A DNA stretch of 64,000 nt from Bugula neritina (GCA_964035545.1 OZ037768.1:16723875-16787874), one strand, 5' to 3'; shown: positions 21,200 to 32,756, numbered from the stretch's first letter. The notes: generated by a model not told the origin, from the sequence alone. Program-made: numbers and translations.

Positions 21200-21640
21200 A
21201 CTGAGTAGAAGAAAACTGAACACCTGGTACCAGCTAGTAACATAACTAAGTTGAGGTTGAAAAAGTACAACATGTCGGGCTTCCACAGACACCAACATTT
21301 AAATACCTTGGAATAACAACCTACTAAGACGGGGGGGGGGGGGGGGGGGGAGATGCAACGCAGAGGTGAAGAAAAAAATATGAAAAACATGGGACAATGA
21401 AGAGATTTAACTGGCGCGTTGTGTGACAATGGGTCCACCAACATTGAAGATGCTGCTATACAAAGTGTGCTTTCAGCCAGCACTGTTGTATGGCAATGAT
21501 ATAGCCACTGACACAGCACTTAGAAGAGCGACTCAGCTCCACGGAAATGAGGATGTTACACGACATCGATGCCATAAGCTTGAAAGAACAAAAGGAATGA
21601 GGACATTTGAGGCATAGCAGCAATAAAAGCAGTAGCCCTG
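21200..21640 (+). pseudogene. Degenerate LINE reverse-transcriptase fragment
   Basis: LLYKVCFQPALLYG (within ORF 21423-21617) resembles the post-RT thumb motif of RTE/L2-type LINEs. The fragment is heavily disrupted and contains a poly-G run at ~21331-21350. Confidence 0.4.
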
Positions 21641-23416
21641 TTAATAAGAAAAAGAATGATTAATAATATCATAAATATAATAATACAAATTTCAATTTGA
21701 CAGACAAGTGACTTGACAATTTAAATTTGAATATCTAAAATGAACACCAGTTTAAGTTGGCGGTGCCAATAGCCATAGGATTAGGCTTAGGCCGCATAGC
21801 CAATAGTGAGTATTACTATTAGAATTAGAGCATTATTAGAATTACTATTACTATTAGGCTTGGCAAAATTAATATCACTATCAATATGATTATAAATATT
21901 AAATTTGATCACTAATAGTAATATACTTCACTAATTGAAGTAATTGTTATTATAAAGTTAAATACATCAACATAAAAATAGATCAAGTTAGAAATAAAAT
22001 TAAATGTCAAACTCACACTGAAAGTGAGACCCAAAGGCCAAAGTCAATGCTAAATAGCAATAAACAATCACACTGAATAACATCATCATGATCATAAATG
22101 ATGTTCACTTCAACTACAAGTTAATGATTATCATAATGATAATGATAAAGTTTATTATAAAGATTATAAAAATCTAAATTAATTATAATTATTATTAAAT
22201 TTAAAAGTTATATCATTTTATAACTTAAATTATGATAATCATAGTCATAGTGATAAGCTCGAAGTCGATGACGATTCCGAGTAGTGAGGACTGAGGATGA
22301 TTCTAATCTCGAAGTCGATCTTCACAGTTCACTGATTACTCCAAAACTAAAAGTTCATATTGGATTAAAAGTTAGAAACACTAATAGTAAGACTAAGAGT
22401 AATATAAGCAAATGGAGACACTGTGACTGACAGTGACAGCCGGACATGAGACTGAGTCAGTGAGTGCGACACTCACACTGACAGGTTTTAAGTTAAACTA
22501 TAATAATATTAATGAATTTAATGAAGCCTAAAAATATGAATATCCCAAGAAATTTAAAAAATGGCTTTAGTGTAAATGTTATTTCTGATTTGAAAACACA
22601 CTGTCGGTACTTACTACTATAATTATAATACATTTATATAATATTATTCTAAAATAAAAATTCGCACTGGCGGCTTGAGCTTGTGACTATAGGGCATAGG
22701 CATATCTAGAAAGGCATGTCTATATGAGTAGCGATTCCGGTTTCTTACGTTTCAAATTTTAGTCGTCGATGCAGCTGCAAAAGTGGACAATTAGGTTTGC
22801 AGCTACATACAATTTTACATCAATAGTTATACATTTATATGAAATGTTATCAATGATCTTTATTATAAAAGTAACTATCTATATTCATAGTATTTGTTGA
22901 CAATTATTTTGAACTGAAAAATTGAATTACGGTAATTATTTAATTTTTATTTTATAATACAAATAATATTAATAATAATATTAAAATTATTATTAATAAT
23001 AATAATAATATTATTAATATTAATATTATTATTGGTTGTATCACAGCTTTTAGCTGGTGTAACCTTCTACCATCGGCCTAGATCTACTAGGCTGGGATGG
23101 ATAAAACTTTCCTCAAAAAGTGAGCTGATCCTAGTACTAGTAGTAGTAAGGCTGTCAGTGTCTGCTGAATCACTGATTCAGCAAACAGCCTTACTAGGAT
23201 CAGCTCACTTCAGTCTCAATCACAGTTAGGTGCAGAAATGGAGATTTTGACCAAAAATTCCCCCCTGAATAGCATACTGTTGAAAGTTTTGGGCTTGTGT
23301 TAGATGGGCCCTACCAACATATTTGGAAGTGTAGAAAGCTATGGATACAACTGTTAGACAACGGCTGACTAATGTATCATATTTGTTAGATAGTTGGAAA
23401 TGTCTTTTAAAGATTT

Positions 23417-23694
23417 GTTGAAAGTGTTAGACCAGGCCCTGTCATATTATTTTGTTAGAATGTTGGACTGTTGGAAATTCAATGCTTTTATATATCAAAA
23501 CTCTTGGAGAAGTGTTGAAAGTGTTAGACCAGGCCCTGTCATATTATTTTGTTAGAATGTTGGACTGTTGGAAATTCAATGCTTTTATATATCAACACTC
23601 TTGGAGAAGTGTTGAAAGTGTTAGACCAGGCCCTGTCATATTATTTTGTTAGAATGTTGGACTGTTGGAAATTCAATGCTTTTATATATCAACA
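23417..23694 (+). repeat. Left subterminal 97-bp tandem array (~2.9 copies)
   Basis: Unit GTTGAAAGTGTTAGACCAGGCCCTGTCATATTATTTTGTTAGAATGTTGGACTGTTGGAAATTCAATGCTTTTATATATCAACACTCTTGGAGAAGT starts at 23417, 23514 and 23611. Degenerate related motifs occur at ~23278-23416. Confidence 0.97.
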
Positions 23695-24437
23695 TAAAAC
23701 TGAGATGACTTAATTTGTAAGGTAAAAGTGCAACTAGCAACCACAGAGTTGAACAGTAAAGGTGTGAGACTAGCTCCACCCAAATATTTAGATAGGCCTA
23801 TCCACAAATTAATTTACTTATTTACCCCATAACCTTTGCATGCATACCTATATTAGTATTTTAGCTTAGTATCTTAAATGCGTAATAATATAATTGTTAA
23901 TTCCCTCTAAGTGAATAGAGAGAAATTAAAGGGGGGAGTGTAATGTTACGAAATAGGATGTTTACGGAAATTATAACTCATAGTACAATCACGCACAATC
24001 ACAATGTCATCAACCTTAAATTAGCCTAACCACTAGCTGCCAGTAGTCAACCTAATGCTTTTTTAATTACTACCCCAAAACAGTAGCTACGCATGTAGAA
24101 TGATTTATAGTCAGCAGTTATGCTTGCATCAGCTGTGATGTCACACGGTGTTTGTTTACTTCAGTCCACTTCTTTGAAACAGTAAGATCCTACCCCAAAA
24201 TAGCTAAAATGTGAAATCATACCTCTTACAACGCAATGATGTTCATCAAATGGATTAGTATATAAGACAAAACCATTTTTAGTAGTTGCAATATTGTTAG
24301 AGTCATGCTGCCAGTTTAGACAGCATTTTTTAAGTTTACGTAAGACTACCAAAGAGTAGCAGTAAAGCAGTAAAGCTCGCCTGATACAGACTACATCCAG
24401 ACTACATCATCTTTGTATTTATACTTAGAATTATAAA

Positions 24438-27246
24438 ATGATGGACACTAACGCAGATACTGATATAACCAATCTCGACTGTAAAGCTATGTCAGTAGAA
24501 AGCACTGAAATTACTATTACAGATACTTCTGAACATGTAAGTATTTGAATTGTTATTAGTAGCTACGGATTTGCATTATTATATTTATACAACTATTCTT
24601 CTATATTTTGGTAAGGAATAACATTTCTAGGAAATTTAAATGATCAATTGTATTTTTATTTAATAAGTTATCATTTAAACCATATTTTACTTACTTCAGG
24701 TAAATCCTGATCCATTATGGGAAGTGCTCCCCAACACTCCGCTGTTAAAGCTATTAGATGAGACTTCAAAAGAAGCCTCTGTCAACATCTCCATGCTTTT
24801 GCTACCAGTTCTTACAATTGTGTCTGGATTGATGGGGATTTCCACTGTCTCAACTCATAGGGATGAGATAAACTTTTCTGAACCAAATATAATTTGGTCG
24901 GCAGTGGCTGCTCCTCCAGGTTAGACATAATCACGGATAATAGATATTTATGCTTATTAACTAATGATTATTAAAACGCCTAAATTATGAAGAGAACAGA
25001 ATTTTACTCAAAACCATATAAATTAGTCTTTCGCTTAGCATGATTAGAGCATTTTTACCCAAACCTCCACGCTTGTATGTTAGAATAAATTATTAGTGTT
25101 ATTTACTGTTATCTACAGGGTCTCGAAAAACAGTGGCATTGAAGTGTCTGTTGGCAGCCCTCAAGCGAGTGGAAGACACTGTGTGTCATGAACAAGCTGA
25201 AAAAAGTTTTAGTGGGCTTTCAACTCAAGGTAGTTATGCAATGTTTTATAATATTTGCAGTTTGAACTTTTGCTAGAAAAGATAACTTCTTTCAGGTAAT
25301 CATTGTTTATTTAACTTTACTAATAATAATTTTTTTGTTGCTATTTACTAGAACTGCTTTATATATAGATAATGAGCCATGTCTCTCTCGCCTTTTTTGC
25401 TCAAATGAAACTATCACGATGGCAAAATTGCATGAGCAATTATCCACCAATAATGGAACTTATCTCAATATACTGGATGAGATTAAAGGCTTGTTCGAAT
25501 GTCTAGAGAATAAGGGAAGGCCAGATTCCCTAGATAGACGCATTTGGCTAATACTATCTGGTGGTGGAAGCTGGGCCCGAAACAGCAAGCAAGGCCTACA
25601 AGAAATAGAAGAATCAAGATTAAATTACACAGGTACACAAAAGTTTACTGTGTACACATAAAATTTCTTTATTGCCTTTTCTTTTAGTTTGCATTCTATT
25701 GGCTACTTTTCTATTATTTATTAAAAGAAGTGTTGTGCAATGGTATATAATATATTTTACCTGTTGAAACTTTATACAAACTCTTCCATATGTACTTCTA
25801 GGCTTTCTTCAACCTAGGCTGCTCAACCAGCGCATAAAGAGAGACGATATAGACGGTTTTGTGGACCGGCATTTGATATGCTTTACCACAAAGCGCCATG
25901 TCAAGTTTCAGGAGATAAGAAAACGAGTAGAGAGTGGGAAAGATTTGTTCACTCTTTTTTTAAAGGTGTTTCAAAATCACCACTGTTCAGAGGTAAAAAT
26001 TTAAGTAATGAATGTTTGCTGTATAGCTATAAATGTATTTTGATCTGCCAGGGTAACTGGTAACTGGTCTAGCAGGTAGCTGAACTTTAAAACTGGATAC
26101 ATTATAAATTGTATGCAAGTGGACCGAGGATGTAAATAAGTTCATTTTCATTGAAAAAGATTCTTTGCGTGATGTATTTAGATCCTTATAAATTTTAATT
26201 GTGTTCATTCTTACTGTATTCTATACAGGACTGTTTGTTGTATTGTTTAGCATTTTGACGCCATTTAATATTGTGAGGCCACTTTTTCAGAAGAACTTTT
26301 ATAAACTGAATTCGGAAGCAGGCGAGTTGTTCGAAAACTACTTTGATGAGATGGAGGCAAGAACATCTGACCTTCCAGCAGCTGATCCTTTTCTGGGACT
26401 CATTAATAAATCATCAGTGAGTAAAATTTTGGCAATTTTACAAACTTCATAAGCTAGCTTTGACAAATTTCAATGTCTATATACGAATCAAAAAGCTACA
26501 GATACCAGCAGTAACTCAGGTTTGGTTTTTTTAAGTCAGTATCATAGATGCAGCTGAACTCATACATGTTTGTAAAAACCCTGATTGTGGAAACTTACAG
26601 TTGCTTGATAACAGTTATAATTATGCAGGGCCATGTCTCAAGATTGGCAATGGTATTAGAAGCAGCAAACCATGCACTTGAGGGAGGAGCAGCAGTGACT
26701 GGAATCGTACAAGCAACCAGCATGCAACAGGCAATTGCAGTTATGCGGCATCTGGATGGTGGAAAATTAAACGTTATTGGAAAGCCCCAAAGAGAGGGTG
26801 TAAAGGCTAAAGAGGTTAGTGTTTGAAAGAAAAAAATTGCAAGCATGTGCAAACAATTATGAATTATGTTGATACATTTTGTAACACTTTGTAACATCAA
26901 CCTTACCTAATGTGGAGCTGCTGTTGAAAATATAGAACAATTGAAAATGTAGAGCAAATCATCTTTGGAACCTTCCAATGACTGTTCAAGAGATATATGT
27001 AATAAAATTTTGCAGAATAACAGACACTATGGGGCAATGACAGAAGACGAATTTTTAGAGCTGAATGCTACAAAGAGGTTAAATGCTTTAAGGGATAAAG
27101 TAATAACAGCAAGAACCCTGCAACAGAATAAAGTTATTAAGATTGCAAGTGAGTGCAAAGAGTTTTTAATGGCTGCTGCAAAACACGGACTTGGGACCAT
27201 CTCCCAAGGGGCAAGAAAAGATTCCATGCGTTTTGTGAAAAAATAA
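24438..27246 (+). CDS. DUF3987/YfjI-like P-loop ATPase (helicase-like), 496 aa, 8 exons, intact
   Basis: GT-AG exons 24438-24536, 24700-24919, 25119-25229, 25369-25632, 25802-25992, 26291-26416, 26629-26814, 26953-27246 join in frame (1491 nt, no internal stop). Walker A-like PNIIWSAVAAPPGSRKT, TMAKLHEQL, Walker B LNILDEI, GGGSWARNSK, RLNYTGFLQP, DGFVDRHL, HVSRLAMVL and SMQQAIAVM follow the motif order recalled for DUF3987. The family call is from motif recognition, not an HMM search. Confidence 0.8.
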
Positions 27247-27487
27247 AAAAGTAATTCTTGTATATTGGTAATGCTATTTAAAGTGATGTATTTTTTTATA
27301 TTTTAGCAACTTCATTATTAAATACTCAAAATGTCAAAAATACAATTAGTGTTATGACTTTTTTGATTGAATGGAAGCATTGCATTTTAAATGATTGGCT
27401 TCAAAGCATAGTGTAGGATTCAACAAATACATTGCAGCAAAACAATGCATAAACAATATCAACCAATTTTAGATTAGGTAATCCATG

Positions 27488-28158
27488 AAAGCATTGAATT
27501 TCCAACAGTCTAACATTCCAACAAAATAATATGACAGGGCCTGGTCTAACACTTTCAACACTTCTCCAAGAGTGTTGATATATAAAAGCATTGAATTTCC
27601 AACATTCTAACAAAATAATATGACAGGGCCTGGTCTAACACTTTCAACACTTCTCCAAGAGTGTTGATATATAAAAGCATTGAATTTCCAACAGTCCAAC
27701 ATTCTAACAAAATAATATGACTGAGCCTGGTCTAACACTTTCAACACTTCTCCAAGAGTGTTAATATATAAAAGCATTGAATTTCCAACAGTCCAACATT
27801 CTAACAAAATAATATGACAGGGCCCGGTCTAACACTTTCAACACTTCTCCAAGAGTGTTGATATATAAAAGCATTGAATTTCCAACAGTCCAACATTCTA
27901 ACAAAATAATATGACAGGGCCTGGTCTAACACTTTCAACACTTCTCCAAGAGTGTTGATATATAAAAGCATTGAATTTCCAACAGTCCAACATTCTAACA
28001 AAATAATATGACAGGGCCTGGTCTAACACTTTCAACACTTCTCCAAGAGTGTTGATATATAAAAGCATTGAATTTCCAACAGTCCAACATTCTAACAAAA
28101 TAATATGACAGGGCCTGGTCTAACACTTTCAACACTTCTCCAAGAGTGTTGATATATA
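27488..28158 (-). repeat. Right subterminal 97-bp tandem array (7 copies, inverted relative to the left array)
   Basis: Units start at 27488, 27585 (8-bp deletion), 27674, 27771, 27868, 27965 and 28062. They are the reverse complement of the left unit and nearly identical to each other. Confidence 0.97.
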
Positions 28159-31100
28159 ACATAATGTGGAGAAATTGAAAGTGTTATATAGTAAATTCTT
28201 ATATGTGATTTCCAATATCTCCATTACTGCACCTACCTCCTCAATCAGTGGGTATTTGTTTTCAACTACTCTAAGTACTAGTAGTGCCATCCAGTCTACA
28301 GTCTTGTGTGAAGCTCCAAGAGCTCCAATTACAATGGGGATGACTTTTGTTGATGTTTTCCAAAGGCGGGTTAACTCTAATGCTAAATCCTGATATTTTC
28401 CTATCTTTCTCATTCTTTTTCTTTTACTCTGTAGTCACCAGGAACTGGGATATCAATGATCGTTGTTTCAGGATTATGCTTGTCAACTACTATTATATCA
28501 GGTCTACTAGCTTCAATGACTCTGTCGGTGTGTATGTTGAAGTTTCACAAGATTTTTACATTGTCATTCTCCAGTACTGATTCTGCTCACTGGTCATACC
28601 AATTTTTGCTTTTCTGAAATCTATGAACTTCACACAACTCCCAGTGAATTATTGATGCCACATGTTCTTGTCTTTTCTTATATTCTCCTTGTGCTAACTT
28701 CTCACATTCACTCAGTATATGCACAACAGTTTCGTCCTTTGCATTACACATCCAACACTTCTTGCTACCTTGTTCTTTCATTATAGCTACTTTATAATTT
28801 CTAGTAGGGAGTGCTTGATCTTGCGCAGCCAACAGCAATCTTTCTGTTTCCTTTTTCAGCCAACCAGATTGCAACCAGTTCCATGAGTGCGTTTTTATGT
28901 CCTTTACCTTTTTGATGTACTGACCATGTAGAGCCTTTTCTTTCCACCCATCAGTTCTTTCTGGAGATTTATCGTTCTTGAATTCTACCGCTGTTTTGTC
29001 CTTTAGGAAGGTATTCAGAGTGGTGTCTCCGTCAGTGCATATCTTCTTTATGTAATCTGACATGCTGCATTCTTCAATCCTTACACATTCTTCAATTGAC
29101 ACCATTTCTCTGCCACCTTCCCTTCTGCTAACATACAGCCTGTCTACATCTGCTCTTGGATGGAGTGCAAGATTTATTGTCATAAGCTTCCTTGTCTTTC
29201 TGTCCATGGCTTTTAGTTCATCAGCAATCCAGTCAAGTATTCCAGCTGTGTAACGCACTGCTGCTACTGCCCAAGTGTTTATTGCCTTGATCGTATTCCC
29301 TCCATTCAGTTTTGAGTCCAGAACTTTTCTTATTCGTTTATAGTACTCCTTCCTGATCTCATCTTTCATTTCATCCATTTTTATTTTATCAGTCTCAAGA
29401 ACTCCTAGGTACTTATACGGCTCCTCATCTAGATCTTTAATTATCTGTTCATCAGGCATAGTGATTCCTGTCTCTTTAATTTTCTTTCCTCTTTTCATAT
29501 CTAGTGTGGCACATTTCTGTAACCCAAATTTCATTTCTACATCTATTGTGAAGATCCTGGCAGTGTTTACCAAAGCTTCCAGTTCTGGCTTTGATTTCCC
29601 TTATAGCTTCAGGTCATCCATATATAGAAAATGGTTTATTTTTCTGCCCTGTCAAAACTTGTATCCTTGAGCCGCTTCTCTCATTAGAATTGATAGAGGG
29701 ATAAAAGCAGTCACAAAGAGGAGTGAAGATAAAGAGTCTCCTTGGAAAATTCCTCGCTTGATATCTATTTCTCCGATCTTTTCCCAATGTACTCCAGTTG
29801 TGTTTTCCAAGACTTCATGCTTTTTCTTATCAACCTTATCACATTACCAGCCATTCCAGTTAGTTGCATTGTTTCTAAGATCCATGAGTGTGGTACCATG
29901 TCACACGCCTTTTGATAGTATATCCAACACATTGCTAGATTGATACTTCTCTTTTTCGAGTCACGCATGATTGCCTTATCAAGCATGAGATGATCTTTAG
30001 CGCCCCTTGACTTTCTAATGCAGCCATTTTGTTCTTCTCCAATGACCTTTTGCTCTGAGAGATAATCATACAGTTCGTCAGCTAATATGCCTGTCAATGT
30101 TTTCCACATAAGTGGCAAGCAGGTAATTGGTCTATAGTTTCCCGGCTGCTTCCCTTTAGCTGGATCCTTCATTATCAATGCTGTTTTGCCTGATGTCATC
30201 CATTCGGGAACATCTCCGTCATCCAAGCACTTCTGCAGGTGATCAGCCATCAGCATATGCAGCTTTGTCAGGTGCTTAATCCAGTATCCTTAAACTCTAT
30301 CTGGTCCTGGTGATTTCCAATTGGGCATTTTGCTTATCATCTTCCTCACATCAGTCAGTGTAATGCTTAAGTTCTCTTGTTTTTTCGATATGCTCCAACT
30401 TGTTACTTACTTTATTTAGCCATTCTGCATTGGTATTATGCTTAGTTGGCTGACCCCAGATGTTTTGCCAAAACACTTTTGACTCTTCCTTGTCAGGTGC
30501 CTCTTTAGATGTACATTTAGTTCCTTGTAATTCTTGATAGAAGCGCTTTTCATTGTTTGTAAACATCCTGCTCTGGTTATATTGTTCGACTCATTATGTA
30601 TATCTTTTTATCTTCTTACTTACAGCTCTCAGGTTTTGCTTCAGTTTTTCAATAACTACATCATATCCTTTGTTCTTTATCCTATATTTTCCTTCAAGCC
30701 TTTTCAATGGATCATTGTAAGGTCTTATTTTGCACTCTACTACTTTACTCAAACCTGATCTAATTTCTCTTAATTTCTTCTGCAGTCGTATTTTCCATGC
30801 TGGTACATTGTCAGATTTTCTTCTTTCCTTATTGTTACACACTTGTTCTGTTACTATTATTGCACAAGCTATGATGGTGTCATTGAGCTCGGTGATATTA
30901 TTAATCTCAACACAGTCTAGCACTTCATTAATCTGTCTTGCTGCCTGTAATAATTTGACCCTCTCAATGTGTCTAAGGGCGTTTAGTCTTAATCGATCAT
31001 TCATCGCTCATCTATAATTTTTCAACTAGTACTATTTCTGCCTCTAAACTGGGTACTCTTAAAATTCTTATCGTTGGTTCATCGGCTATCTCATGCTGAA

Positions 31101-32756
31101 CTATAACATCCTCTATTATTATTATTATTAATATTTGTATTACTATAACTATAAGTATTACTAATAGTAATACTAATAGTCTATTAATATTAGTATTACT
31201 AAGAGTATTAGTAATACTAATAGTAACACTTATAGTTATACTAACTCTAAGTCTTATACTAATAGTATTAGTAATACTTATAGTTATATTTTAAGTTATA
31301 CGTATACTAGACTTGGACTAGTAATACTGTAATACTAATAGTAATACTGGTAGTTTTAGTAGTAGTACTCATACTGCTTGGTGTGCTAATTTTGAGGTTA
31401 GTATTATAGTTATTCAGTTACTGCTACTGTTACTCATTAATATTGTTACCAATACCGCGTTGTTGGTTTTCACCATTTTACCCTGCATTTACCTCTGAAT
31501 CTGTGTTCGTGGTGTCTTTTAGGTTTTAGCTGTTTGATAAAGTATTGATAAATGAATCATCTGTTGTGTGTCAAGCAAACGGTATGCTTAAGAGCTGAAG
31601 TTGCAGATTTCAGTGTGCAACCATTTGATAAAGCATAGCTTCTACAATTTAATTTAGTACAACTCTCATATTTTTGGTAAAGGCTCAAATGGTTGTGGTG
31701 TTGAGGTTTTTGCTTCTCTGCTACTGAAATACTTCAACATAGCACCAGTAATGTGTATAGTTTGCTTCAGTTCCGATAAATGCTTTATTGCAAGTTTAAA
31801 AGAGTTGCCGATATAAGATACATCAATAGACTGGTTACTACAACATAATACACACCTATAGTTTTAGCTAAAGGTTTTGTTGTCTATAAGACAGACACTT
31901 AATACAAGCTGGAATAAATAGTTAAACGTTGAATAGTTTATTTTCAATACATTTCTAAATTAAGCCAAAAATGGCTAATTAAATACTGTATAACCTAATC
32001 AGTGGAAGCAGTCTTAGCAAAATTAGGTAGATATTTCAGTAGCTATAAGCCAACGAGGCATGAGGAAAAATCACATTTGAAAATCTGTCAAATTATGGGA
32101 CTAGACAAAAATGGTGCAAAAAAGTTTGTAATCCCTGTTTTAGGATAGGTATAATTATATTAAAGTAAGCATTATGCAGATAGTAGTACATGTAGCGATT
32201 ATAATTTTGAAATGTTGAATATCTGGTCATGTTCAGATGAGGGTATTCTATGACATACTTCATGTTAAATATTTTTTACAAGCAGCGTCACTCTGTGATA
32301 GTGCTGTTCATGTTACCTGTTCTTTAACATCTCTTACACCTTTTAACTCTCATGCTTACATATATACCTCACTATAATCTCAATTTTTTCAATCATTTAT
32401 GTTGTATTTTTTTAGTTGGGTCTCAAAGTATTTGTGTATTCGAATTTAAATCTACGCTGACTGCTACGTATTCATGTAGGTAACTGTTTTCTAGACTGAA
32501 CTCACAGGCCATTTGATTTCTTCTAAAACTTTGCTCTCTGTTAAGCTTCAAACATGTTTGCTAAAGTGTAAATCATGTTGCAAAATGGTACCAATGGGAA
32601 ATATTGCTGGTTCATTAGTTCATTACCAATTATGTGTTCATGCAGGTGCATTTAATCATGCATTACATAGGCCCTTTAAATTTAGTTCTCATGATAATAA
32701 TATTTTACAGGGTCAAAAGTGCTTAATATTGCAGTGGTTATCTATCAGTACGCACT

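Larger units (their letters stand above)
23227..28235. mobile_element. 5.0-kb TIR-bounded DNA element carrying a DUF3987-like ATPase gene (unclassified)
   Basis: Left end TAGGTGCAGAAATGGAGATTTTG (23227-23249) matches the reverse complement of the right end TAGGTGCAGTAATGGAGATATTG (28213-28235) at 21/23. The outer TA may be a TSD. There are inverted 97-bp arrays inside both ends, and the element splits the LINE ORF. Confidence 0.85.
23034..31114 (-). mobile_element. R4/Dong-like non-LTR retrotransposon (RT + CCHC + restriction-like endonuclease), frameshifted, probably 5'-truncated, interrupted by the TIR element at 23227-28235
   Basis: RT-region motifs NYRPITCLP, YKYLGV, KAINTWAV, LHPRADVDRLY; ALHGQY and LLAAQDQAL; zinc knuckle CWMC...HILSEC; RLE region KYQDLALEL...PIVIGALG. 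The C-terminus LGSAHFLRKVLSIPA* (stop 23087-23089) and a short 3' UTR resume left of the nested element. (TAA)n-type tracts flank both ends (~22960-23033 and 31115-31130). Confidence 0.9.

Noticed and set aside
23032-23229. + strand ORF ending in IQQTALLGSAH as a second LINE copy
   Set aside because: Explained by the local inverted duplication of the minus-strand LINE tail.
23695-24437. Possible transposase remnant inside the TIR element
   Set aside because: Only a 63-aa minus-strand ORF with no recognisable motif; more likely promoter/5' UTR. A highly decayed or heavily spliced gene cannot be excluded without a translated search.
27401-28098. Repeated 66-70 aa ORFs (MLECWTVGNS...), also at 23452-23652
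   Set aside because: These are translation by-products of the 97-bp repeat with non-ATG or incidental starts and no coding signal.
27488-28158. 97-bp arrays as a CRISPR-like array
   Set aside because: The units are contiguous and near-identical with no unique spacers, there are no cas genes, and the context is eukaryotic.
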